A stretch of DNA of 63,541 bases, counting the filler, from Folioceros fuciformis (lineage: Eukaryota), in assembly GCA_049999805.1 (NCBI GenBank). It is 8 parts of 8 records of this genome, joined end to end, with 100 filler letters (N's around TTAATTAATTAA, not from the genome) between each part and the next. Parts side by side here need not be neighbours in the genome. Positions count along the whole stretch, not along the records: positions 29,428 to 42,559 come from JBNGIO010003882.1; positions 42,660 to 51,761 come from JBNGIO010003883.1; 6 more parts are not named here. One strand, written 5' to 3'. The notes under the pieces were generated by a model. The model had not been told where the DNA came from. It saw only the letters and a list, made by a program, of their open reading frames with translations, and searched no databases. Below, piece after piece: positions 36,691 to 47,849 of this stretch (within the stretch, counting starts at the first letter, position 1; every line of letters begins with the position of its first letter). The position numbers and the translations under genes were made by a program.

Positions 36691-36702
36691 GCTCTTATAC
36701 CA
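36691..36702 (-). promoter_or_regulatory. Primer-binding site (tRNA-iMet) of Copia element B
   Basis: TGGTATAAGAGC versus the canonical TGGTATCAGAGC, adjacent to the CA end of the LTR. Confidence 0.85.
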
Positions 36703-36989
36703 TGTGCAAAACACGAGCGGAGGCGAGAGAATAGCAAAAGCATAAAACAGGATAATGAAAATGAGAGTACAAAATTGTTTAAATACTTTCTAAGTGACTG
36801 TTCATATAGCAGCCTTAGATAGCTTAACCTGTGTATTAGGTTTAACTAAATCATTTATTCTTAACAGGTCTTCCCTCCTTTCTCCACATTTATCATTGAT
36901 GGTTTTAGGGGTTTGTAGGCATCCCTCATGGAGAAGTAGCTCGGCCATGCTTTTTAGTCTGTCCCCCAGGACCCTTCCATCTCCAGGTC

Positions 36990-37285
36990 CACTAGAATGC
37001 GTCTCCACTCTTGTTCTAGGAAGGGCGCAGGTGCTTGGCTACTGGCTCGCCCATGCATATCGGGATTTCACATCGCACCAACCACCTTCACTACTGCGAT
37101 GTGATTCCGTCTGGCCTGCTCCAGCTTTTGGCCTCTTCGCTCCTTACCTACGAGTGCGGATCTGCACTCGATGACTCTGGTGTCCACCTTGCTCGTTGTC
37201 CCCACGGGGGTGATCGCATCGCCACTCATGATGCCATCCGTGATGTCATGTTTGCCATTGCTCGCGAAAGTGGCTACATGGCCTA
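36990..37285 (+). mobile_element. Fragment of a CRE/RLE-type non-LTR retrotransposon (post-RT zinc-finger region), interrupted by the LTR of element C
   Basis: LHSCSRKGAGAWLLARP...FTTAM*FRL, then ECGSALDDSGVHLARCPHGGDRIATHDAIRDV. This matches the GAWL...C-G--D--G-H---C--GG---(R)HD--RD pattern that precedes the restriction-like endonuclease. Confidence 0.7.
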
Positions 37286-40200
37286 TGAAAGGATCGATAG
37301 AGGAGCATGGTGAAGGAGAGGAGAGAAGAAGAGAGGAGGAGAGGAGAAAGAGAGGTCTCACAGTGTCTCTCACAGCTCTATTGCAAAGGGAGCTCAAGAG
37401 GGTATTTATACCCTCTAGAAAAGCTCCCAAGGAAGCTTCACAAGAAGCTCACAGGAAGCTATGCAGGAAGCTTCCTAAAGATTAGCTTAAGCTAATCTAA
37501 ACTAATGATACTTAATTAGACACTAATCTTAGACTAATCACATTAGTCTAAGCACATTGGGCTTTAATAACCCTACAACCTCCCATTTAAAGGCCAATTT
37601 ACCTTCAAAGGAGAGTGGTCTACCTTATGCCCATAAGTGTTCGAGCTTGTGCGAATTGCTCCGTAGAGAGCCCCTTGGTAAGAACATCTGCAGGTTTCTG
37701 ACTGGTGTGAACTTTGACAAGCTGTACCCTCTTGTCTTCTAACACCTCTCGAATGAAGTGATACTTCACTTCCACATGTTTGGTCTTCGCATGAAACACT
37801 GGATTCTTCGCCAATTGGATAGCACTCTGGCTATCACAATGCAACATTGGCAGCGCAACCTTGATCCCTAAATCTCCAACTAGACAAGCAAGCCACATGG
37901 CTTCCTTGCATGCCTCAGTCGCTACAATATACTCGGCCTCTATGGTAGATAGCGTTATGTATGATTGCAAACGAGATCGCCATGAGACTGCCCCTCCTGT
38001 GCACATGAAGACGTAACTTGATGTGGACCTCCTTTTGTCCATATCCCCTGCATAATCAGCATCCGTATATCCCACGACAGATGCATTTTCACTACCAAAA
38101 CATAAGCACAAAGCTTTCGTACCATTCAAGTACCTCATAACTCCTTTCATTGCCTCCCAATGCTTCCTACCAGGGTTTGACATAAACTTGCTAACCACTC
38201 CCATTGCAAAGGCAATGTCAGGACGTGTAGCAATCATTGCATACATCAAACTCCCTACAGCTGATGAGTATGGAACCTTCTCCATTTCAGCTTTGTCCTC
38301 CGCAGAGCTTGGGCAATCCTTGCTCGACAATTTCACATATGGAGGCAATGGAGTACTTAATACCTTCCCCTTCTCCATATTGAAACGTTGAAGCACCTTG
38401 TTAATTTATTCAGTCTGAGACAAGTACAACAAATGCTTCTGTATGTCTCAACGAATACGTATGCCAAGAATATGGCTTGCCTCTCCCAAGTCTGTTATGT
38501 CAAAGTGACCATTCAACTTTGACTTCAATGCTGAAATCTCATCACTGTTAGTCCCAGCAATTAGCATATCATCCACATAGAGGACCAGAATGAGCAAGCT
38601 TCCATCCTTAGCTTGCTTTGTATAGAGGCAATTATCCTCATCGCTACACTTGTAGCCTTGAGAAAGCATAAATGAGTGGAACTTGAAAGACCACTCCTTG
38701 GGTGCCTGCTTCAAACCATAAAGGCTCTTCTTTAACTTGCACACCAGATTCTCTTTGCCTTCTCAATGAAACCTTCTGGTTGCTGCATGTATACCTCTTC
38801 CTGGAGATCACCTTGCAAAAATGCCGACTTCACATCCATCTAGACAAGTTCCATGTCGAGCCTCGCAACCAGACCAAGAACACATCGCAAGGTGGTCATT
38901 TTGACAACCGGTGAGAAAATCTCATCAAAGTCAATACCTTGCTGTTGCTTAAAACCCTTCGCAACCAATCGTGCCTTGTACTTGGGTTTGCCATAATGGG
39001 GTATGTCCTTCATCTTATACACCCATTTGCATGGCAAGGCCTTCTTGCCCTTAGGCAATTGAACCAACTCCCAAGTTTGGTTCATGTGGAGCGAATCCAT
39101 CTGCGACTGCATCGCCTTCTCCCACTTGTCCTTGTCAGTCACTGACATGGCCTCTTGGTAACAAGAGGGCTCCCCACAATCCCTCAGCGCATGACATAAT
39201 CAAGAGATGCAACATACCTGTCAGGAGGACGTAAGATCCTTCCTGACCTACGAAGCACTGGCGCCTCGACCGGAGCTGGTTGCACTCTTTCCTCTTGTAC
39301 AAGTGGAGGAACTTGTTCCTGCACATCACGACGTTCAACCTGCGCAGGACGGTTAAGTCCATCTTCTTGGAAGACCACCCGTCACACCTCCACAGTTGGA
39401 GTAGGCTTCTTGTGCATCTTGGTCTCATTGAAGAACACGTCATTGCTGCGAACCATCCTCTTGGCCTCTGGATCCCAAAGACGGTATCCCATCTCACCAG
39501 ATTCACCATAGCCAAGAAAAATACATTTCTTGGACTTGGGTTCCAACTTGTCCTGAAACTTCTTAGGAACAGGGTAGTATGCCTCGCAGCCAAACACTCG
39601 TAGATGCTTGTATGACGGATTCTTTCCAGACCACATCTCCTCTGGAACCTGTTCATCCACAGCTCTATTAGGAGATCTTTTAATAAGATGCACCGCAGTA
39701 ACCACTACTTCTGCCCAAAATCCGTTAGGCAATCCAGAGTTTGACAATAAACTACGCATCCTTTCCAGGATGGTCCTGTTCATCCGTTCAGCCACACCAT
39801 TCTGGGGAGGAGTATACGGCGTAGTCAATTCTCTCTTGATTCCCTTGGAATCACAGAATGACTGAAAAGCCTTCGAGACATACTCTCCCCCATTGTCTGT
39901 CCTTAGACACTTTAGTTTGAGGCTAAACTGATTCTCCACAAGGGTGACGAATCTCTGAAACACTGTCAGAACATCATCCTTTTTCCTCAAAGGATAAACC
40001 CACACCTTGCGTGAGAAGTCATCAATGAAAGTGACAAAATAAGATGCACCGCCTAACGATATAGTGGGCATAGGTCCACAAACGTCACTGTGAACCAACT
40101 CAAGAGGTTTACTTTTGTGTTTACCTCTTGCTCCATGTGGTGACTTCGTCTGTTTCCCATACAAATAGTGCTCACACACGGAGAAATTGGAGAAGTCAAA

Positions 40201-40446
40201 AGCAGGGACGTAACCAAAACGAGATAAGATCTTCATTCCTTTTTTAGACATATGTCCTAACCGACTATGCCATAAGGAAACACTTACTTGAAGTGAGTAC
40301 AAAGTGCCACACTTCGATCCACGAGCTAACACAAAAGAACCTTTGAAGACCTTCCAAGAATTATCTCCAGACCAACAGTGGTAGCTAGCGTCATCCAACT
40401 GCTCTGCGCTAATCATGCGTTTTGTCAACTTCGGAACATGCCTAAC
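37286..40446 (-). mobile_element. Ty1/Copia element C (Tnt1/Tork-like): 3' LTR 37286-37577, PPT and decayed IN-RT-RH; 5' part replaced by another insertion
   Basis: [56 protein letters not shown] and CDSQSAI. PPT AAATGGGAGGT precedes TGTAGGG. Frameshifts are present. Confidence 0.93.
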
Positions 40447-42559
40447 TGTGGGGTTAAAATATGGTACCCGGGGTACCGCGAGGGTCTAAACAAGCCCTCT
40501 ATGTCGTTATAGCTCTGGGATTCGATCCCAAGGGAATGATTTGTGTTAAACTACACAGGTTAGCTTCTAAAGTCAATTAACACCTAAAGCTCGACTGACC
40601 CACACACACACGTCCAGTGCTCGGCCCTTACCAAGCCCCCTTACTTCTCCCACCAGACGACCCCTCAACCACCCAGTCGCCCCAGGGACTACCTTCCCCT
40701 GGACTACTCTTGGTTGCCCACCGGGCTACCCTCCGTTCCCCAATGGACTACTACCGTCGCCCCCTGGACTACCTCCGTCGCCTTTCGGGCGACGGTCACC
40801 TGACAGTCTACCGCTCGTGGGTCTCACTCTCTCTCTCTCTCTCTCTCAGTTCCCTCTCTCTAGGGTTTTCTCTCCAGGGGTTTCTCTCCCTAGGGTTTCC
40901 TCTCTCCCACCGGGTCGTTCCTACCCAACTGATTACCTCCTGCCCGCGCATCCCCTTTTGCGCTTCCCTTCCTTGGTTCACCACAAAACCGCCTCACTCA
41001 CCTCAGGAACAAGCACACGCACACATGGACAGCAGCAATCTGTTGGACGCCTTCCACCCGCATGATCTCACACCTTAGATACACCCCTTGCAGTCTCAAT
41101 TCAACTTCTTCACAGCCTCTCCAGTCTCATCGCGACCAGTCACACATACACACCATGTCTCGTTGCACCCTACACACATTACTCACCTCGCCTCCAAGGT
41201 TTCCCCGGCTTTCTTCTCTCTTACCCCACTCACCAGTTCTCTGTATGCATTCTGCCCGTCTTAACAGTCGTCGAATCACTTCCACTCCGCTTCACTTCCT
41301 GCTTCCACTCCTTCTAGCTTCCTTTTCGCATTCGCTCTTACCCACTACTCGGCCAATCGCTCCTCCTCCTCCTCACACACGCGCACTCTCGCGCTCTCTT
41401 TTCTCCGATTCTTCAGTCTTCTTTCTCAGCGATGCCCCTCCTGGGCTCCTATTAACGTTGAGGAATGGTGAGGTACCGGGGCTAAGGGAAGAGGAGTCCC
41501 TTCCACTCCGAACTCGCGGATTCGGCTCCGGCACCCGCACCCGCACCACCCCACGTGACCACCTCGAGGATAGCTGGGGAGCTTCTCTTCCACTTGGTGA
41601 GGCTCCTCCTCCTAATTCGTCCCCGGACGTGATCATGGAGCGCCCACCACCTACACCCGCACCCCGGGTTGCTACGTGCGCTCGCTTGCCTGGACCTCTT
41701 GTCCAACAACGGCCATCGCTAGGTCCCTGCAAGATCAACTGTTCGGCTGGTTCTTGCTGATTTCTTAGGCCTTCAAACCGGCCTCTTGTACGCGGTGATG
41801 GCGGTTTTTTCCGCCATAAAGTCTGTCAGGCAGGGGAGCTGCGCTCTTAAATTTTGAGCGACTTAGGTCCAAATAAAGCACGCTAAAAAAATCCTATTCT
41901 AGCCTGCATTTACTATCGCCCTTTCCCACGCCGCTGGCGGCTTCCTCCTGGCCTTCGCGCGTCACCCCTTGCTGCTCCTCCTCTCGCTCTTCTGCCCCTC
42001 CGTTGGTCCGGCAGATCCTCCCAGAGGATCTCCACATCACTGCTACTACTGCTGAACCTGGCTGGTGGCGCAGGTGGGTCCCGCCGTTGTGGTCCACCAC
42101 TCCTCCTCCTTCTCTGGTTGCTGAGGATAGCCACAGGCCCCCGTTCTACCCAGCGCTGGGCCTCCTCTTCCGTCAATTCCTCCAGAACTGCCTCCGCATA
42201 GCTGTGGGGCAGTCCTGTCACCCACCAGCTGTAGTGGTAGAGTCCCAAGCGCGTCCTCAACTGCAGGCCGTAGCCCCGCGGCCCTCCCCATCCTCCCTTG
42301 GGCTACCTCGGGTTGCCTGCTCCCCCTCCTGCTGGGGTACCTGAAGGTTCTCTGCCTGCCCAGCTGTTGCCTCCTCCTGCTCTATCCTCCTGGTACGGGT
42401 CACCCTCATGGAGCGCCTAGGGGCAGGCGCCCCTACTGCTTCCTCCTTCGTTTCCAGGGTTGGTTCTTCAGCTATCCTGAGCCTTGCTGGGCCACCGGTA
42501 GCCCCGTCGGCTACCCGACTACCGGTAGTCCCGTGGACTATCGGGCTATCGGTAGTCCC
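40447..42559. mobile_element. Probable long LTR/UTR of another (Gypsy-like) retroelement inserted into element C
   Basis: Begins with TG exactly where the element C frame stops. Pyrimidine-rich strand bias, a (CT)n tract and no Copia motifs. The class is inferred. Confidence 0.4.
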
Positions 42560-42779
42560 NNNNNNNNNNNNNNNNNNNNNNNNNNNNNNNNNNNNNNNNN
42601 NNNTTAATTAATTAANNNNNNNNNNNNNNNNNNNNNNNNNNNNNNNNNNNNNNNNNNNNCATCCACACCAGTGACATCATCTTCACCACCACCATCAATA
42701 CCCGTTAGGGTCCTCCTCGACCTACGACTTCTCAAGACAATCTCGGGTTCGTGAGTCGCCGCTTACTCAAGTAACAAAA

Positions 42780-43046
42780 TTGAAGGGTGCAATAGCAAAA
42801 AAGGTGTCCAAACAGACAAAGAGAGAGTTTTCAAGTAGTGGGCTAGACAAGATTGCAAAGAGCATTAACAATTTTACGGAAGTGTTTGCCAATATTGAGG
42901 CAAGTAAGTTGGAGAACCTCCAAACTATGGGAAAAGCCAGGTTAGAGCATAATATAAAGATGACAGAATTGCAGCAATTCACCCAAATTGATATGGCAAA
43001 GCTCTCAGTTCTAGTCAAGAAAAGATGTAGGGATGAAGATATGTAA
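42780..43046 (+). CDS. C-terminal coiled-coil fragment resembling SIP1/ASIL-clade trihelix (or Harbinger Myb-like) proteins; N-terminus missing at the scaffold end
   Basis: LDKIAKSINNFTEVFANIEASKLENLQTMGKARLEH...TQIDMAKL resembles the trihelix LARAI..F.E.YER.E..K...M.ELEK.RMEF motif. Confidence 0.45.
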   Translation: MKGAIAKKVSKQTKREFSSSGLDKIAKSINNFTEVFANIEASKLENLQTMGKARLEHNIKMTELQQFTQIDMAKLSVLVKKRCRDEDM

Positions 43047-43596
43047 GTTTAGATTTTTTTTTTTTTCACAATATTGTTATTTAGCCTCTTCTATCCATCA
43101 TTATAGACCCATTTTTACACCAGCGCATCAAGTTCTACAAGGTAATATATTTTGTTTCTCTAGCATATATCTAGGGAGCGCATCAAGCTCTACAAGATAA
43201 TATGTTTAGTTTCTCTAGCACATGTCTAGGTCTCATTGAATGAACAAGAAAGGTTTGGATCAGAGTACTGATTTTCAAAATTCTTGACCAACTTGCAAGG
43301 GCATTCAGTCATGTTTTACAAATTTAGTCTTTTTGTTCACTTCTTTACATAGTCTTGTAGACAAACATGTCTAGATAGTATGCTTACAGTATGAAATGAA
43401 ACACCAAAGTTTGGACCAACAGTTTGATTTCAGAAAAAAAAAGTAGGCAAACTTGCAAGGACTTTCATTACCATTCTGCGCATTGTTATGTTCACCTTTT
43501 ATATAATCTTGTAGAAATTGTTGAGTTGTACAAGAGGATATTCTCATCATATTGAGATAATTCTTTTATAGCATGGAATTAGATATCAAAGTTTAT

Positions 43597-44396
43597 GTAA
43601 GAAAGTTTAGTTTTGAAAAATTGTAAAGTTATTCAGACCCGTTTTCTGTATTATTATTATGCAAACTTCTTGACATCAACTTGTAGAGCAACGGTATCCT
43701 CATCATGTCTACTTTGATTGCACGCCAAGGGATACTAAAGTTAGCTACTTTGATTGCACGCCAAGGGATGCTAAAGTTAGCTACTTTGATTGCATGCAAA
43801 GGGATGCTAAAGTTAGCTACTTTGATTGCACGCCAAGGGATGCTAAAGTTAGGATTAGAAGGTGTTTCTAAATACTTAGCTTAACTTGTCTATGAGATTT
43901 CTTCTTCTGTATTGTCTTCATCTACGTCAATGTTGAAGGAGAGCATGGTGTTGAATGTTTGCTAAGGCATCTCCTCTACACCTATCAAAATGACTGGTTA
44001 TCGTTGTAAGAAAGTTTAGTTTTGAAAACTTGTAAAGTTATTCAGTCTTGTTTTTTGTATTATTATGCAAACTTCTTGACATCAACTTGTAGAGCAACAG
44101 TATCCTCATCATGTCTACTTTAATTGAACGCCAAGGGATGTTAAAGTTAGCTACTTTGATTGCATGCCAAGGGATGTTAAAGATAGGATTAGAAGGTGTT
44201 TCTAAATACTTAGCTTAACTTGTCTATGAGATTTCTTCTTNNNNNNNNNNAGGTGTTTCTAAATACTTAGCTTAACTTGTCTATGAGATTTCTTCTTATG
44301 TATTGTCTTCATCTACGTCAATGTTTAAGGAGAGCATGGTGTTGAATGTTTGCTAAGGCATCTCCTCTACACCTATCAAAATGACTGGTTGTCGTT
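43597..44396 (+). repeat. Tandem duplication (~410-bp unit) with a nested 36-bp minisatellite
   Basis: Units start at 43597 and 44006. ctactttgattgcacgccaagggatgctaaagttag occurs 4 times in unit 1 and 2 times in unit 2. Confidence 0.9.
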
Positions 44397-45006
44397 AGCT
44401 CCAATCGACTAGTATTCTTGTAATACTTCTGGCCTGCATTGTCTACATGGTCTCGATATTATGAAGTCCTTTGAAGCTTGCAAACACAGTCTCTCTACAA
44501 GCCTCTCCATGCTTGTGGAGGCAACACTACATAAGGTTAAGCCAATGGTGCTGGATGTGTTGGTCGCAGGGCCTTCTGCGTTTCAACATTGCTTCCGTTG
44601 CGTCGCCTGGTTGGCGGGTTCGCGCCAACCCAAAATGACCCGTTGGAGGGATATTCAGGGTCTGAGGCTGTGAAAGGCACGATCCAATTATTGGATATTC
44701 TGACGCTTGGCAGTGAGCTTGTGGTGGTCCATGATCAAAGCCACATAGGCAAGCAGGCACGGCGTATTCCCTGACAGAAGTATCGTAAAATACACGCGAT
44801 GGAGACGTGTGTTGCGTCTCAAGGCCCAGCGACTCGAGCGTGATTGCCATGACAGTCCAAGATATATTTGCATCGGCCACGCTACCTGCTGCGCAACTCA
44901 GGGGCCGTTATGAGATTTTGACTTCTTCCGTGGGGGACAGTCATTGTGCCTGTGGGAAGGAGTTTCAGCCGAGGATCGGGCGCAGTCTGCAGACGGAAGC
45001 GGGGAG

Positions 45007-46460
45007 ATGGGGACGGTGGAGGCTGCTGTTGCCAATGAAGCTATGCCTGAGTCCCATGTCTGGCCTGAAGGGATCAGGCCGAGCGTTAAGCACGACGTGT
45101 TCCAGGTCGATCTCCCAGTGGTCGATCTGGCTCCTGTCTTCCAGCTGGAGAAGCTCATTGGAGAGGGCGGAGGGGATGTGGAGGCGTTGCTCGCGCAGAA
45201 GCAGGCTATTCTGGCTAAGGTGAAGACGGGGTGCGAGGAGTATGGCTTCTTCCAGGTATTGAACACCGGATTCCCGATGGAGGTGGTGGACCAGCTCAGC
45301 AAGGCATGTCACGCCTTCTTCCAGCAGCCCAGTGAGGTGAGTGCGTGCTGACATATGCGGGCCAGCTCTTGCCGTGGCTCTCTGTAGTTTACAGCTCCGG
45401 TTTGGAATAGTTCCGAGCTCTGATCAACTTGGACCAGGAATGGTGGCTGACCAGGTGAAGGAGGTAGCGGCGTCGGAACCTAAATCTCCGTTTGGCTACA
45501 CCTCCATGACCAAGGTCATTTCGCACTATCCCGCGTTCAGGTGGCACGAGGGAGTGGGGCTGCCGTCGCACCACCAGGTCAGCACGCTGGATGCTTGGGC
45601 GGAGTCGCTATCCCGCGCGGGCTTCGGGGGCCTCACTAAGGAGCAGACCAGGTACTCTCTCACGGACTCACTCGCCTCCAATGCACTTTGGAATCGAACA
45701 GCATCTGTCGTTGAAATGGTACCGGTGTGACGCAAGTTCCTGACCGGCTTCTTGGTGCAATCCCATGAGCGCAGTGCTGTAATTACGGAATTCGGCAAGC
45801 ACGGAGAAGTGCTTGTGTACAAACTCATGGAGCTGGTGGCTGAGAGCCTGGGGTTGCACAAGGACTACTTCGCAGGGGAATTCACGAGCAGGTCGTCCTT
45901 GAGTGAATGGCCGAGATACTACACCCGGCTGAACTACTATCCCAAGTGCCCCCGCCCCGATCTAGCCTTGGGAGTGCCAGGCCACATCGACCCTGGCGTG
46001 CTCACCCTTCTCCACCAGGACTCCGTAGGGGGCCTGCAGATTCTGAGCAAAGATGGTCAGCAATGGCTGGGAGTACAGCCCATCCCCGGGGCTTTTGTCG
46101 TCAACGTAGGCGACATGCTGCAGGTGGGTCCCCTTCCCTCTAAACCGCTTCGTTAAGGGGGCCATCCAATGTGTATCACATTTATGTCTCATCGATTTAT
46201 GTCTCTGGCGGCAGGTATGGAGTAACAACAGGTACTTGAGTGCCGAACACCGGGTGGTGACTAATGACACCAGTGCGAGGCTGTCCATAGCCCAGTTTTT
46301 CAATCCGCACGACGACACTGACGTCGTTATACCTCCTGAACTGGTCGACACAGAGCATCCCCTGCGGTATCGAACATTCAAATCCCAAGAGTACTACAAG
46401 CTAATTGTCCCGTTGGGAATCAAAGGCCGCGGATATCTCACCCAACACTTCAAGCTATGA
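45007..46460 (+). CDS. 2-oxoglutarate/Fe(II)-dependent dioxygenase (DOXC class). Exons 45007-45336, 45455-45651, 45775-46123 and 46215-46460; 373 aa
   Basis: DIOX_N motifs (LPVVDL, GCEEYGFFQVLNTG), RLNYYPKCPRP, HID...H iron triad and RLS 2OG-binding motif. GT-AG junctions keep the frame (1122 nt). Confidence 0.93.
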
Positions 46461-46659
46461 AGAAGGCTGGCGGGTAGCCAACGTCCAGTTCCCCCAGAAG
46501 TTGCGAGTCCTGTGGGTATGTATCGAGTGGAAGTCCAGAAGTGTGTGCAATCGGTAAAGGCTAGACATGGCCAAGCGTGCAAATGGCTTAGACCTAATGG
46601 ACACGCGTATTGGTAAGAACGCCACGATTTACGCATCCTGCTCTTCGCCGAAGGGGAAG

Positions 46660-46812
46660 ATGCTCTTGGTGCCAGGCAAGTTGTTAGATGCGCTTGGTGC
46701 CAGGCAAGTTGTTAGACGCCCTTAGTGCGAGGCAAATCGTTGGATGCGCTGTGTGCGAGGCAAGTCGTTAGATGCCCTTGGTGCGAGGCAAGTTGTTAGA
46801 TGCCTTCGGTGC
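46660..46812 (+). repeat. ~28-bp degenerate tandem repeat, about 5 units
   Basis: ttggtgcSaggcaagttgttagatgc-like units. Confidence 0.85.
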
Positions 46813-47849
46813 TTTGTGCAAGTAGCTAGGTCTCACGTCCCATGATGTAAATAAGCTTATCAGGTTATAAGGAAGCTGGTGTTAAGTATCTTATTCCACC
46901 GTCCCGCTTCCTTGGTCTCCTTCTACTACCACCTTCCTTCCTCATAAGTGAGCTATCGAAGTATGCAGCAATCTCTCGAACTATCCAACAACTAGAACAT
47001 GTACACTTCTTGCAATGGTGATAAGTCGACAGGTAGTGGTCCGTCCTTATCACATATGACAAAGTTGAAGGAGGCATCAACCTAAAGCCTTGGCCTTCTA
47101 TCTAGGTCTACCTCATCACGGCTGTGTGGGCCTGATTGTGTGGACCAGTACGTATCATAGACGAACTGAACTTTAGGTAGGTGGTGCGTTTGAAGCCAGG
47201 ATTCTCGAGATCCGGCGCGCTTTCCAACACTCGGGGGCAGATGTTCTCTACCGAGGACGGGTAACGTAAGGGTTCTCTCTCAAGGACTGGTAGCGTGAAT
47301 GTTTCTCGTCCACTTTACAGCACCAGTGATTGAGAGAGGACCTTTACGCCACCCGTCCTTCAGAGAACTGTCGAACCGGAACCACAGGAAAACCAAGTAC
47401 GAAGGCGCAAATGGAAGGAGACAACCCTTGGCACTCGTTGGGTTGATAATTAAGCCATACAAAAACTACATCCATTGTCACGAGGTGCACGACAAATGTG
47501 AAAGTTCGAAACTTTTGAACTGTAACGAAACATGTAAAAATGCTACTCAACTTCTCGGCAAGGGCTGCAGATGCAGCACAGCAGATGATCGACTTGGCAG
47601 AATCTCCAAGACAGTGGTCAATGGAACTGTTCTGCATCTGCAGCCCGGGGCAGAATTTGCCCGGGAGCCCCACATAACCAGCCCTTCTAACAGTATAGAA
47701 CACCACTTGCGCTGCGCTACATGATCGTGTTTTACCTGGATGTTAAAGATGTGGTCCATTTCCAGCCAAGCCCTTTCTGACAGACACACAGACTGAGCGA
47801 GACTGGACAAGCTTAGACCTCACAATATGTACAGGAATAGCAGCCTTGA

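Larger units (their letters stand above)
30290..36866 (-). mobile_element. Ty1/Copia element B (same family as A), decayed: 5' LTR 36703-36866, PBS 36691-36702, long leader with extra ORF, gag-pol 35490-30780
   Basis: Strong protein similarity to element A (CNWCGIPGH, ADISGKIQ.PS.GGS, WAKPRYQSVDF). tRNA-Met PBS TGGTATAAGAGC directly after a TG...CA LTR. Several stops and frameshifts. Confidence 0.93.
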
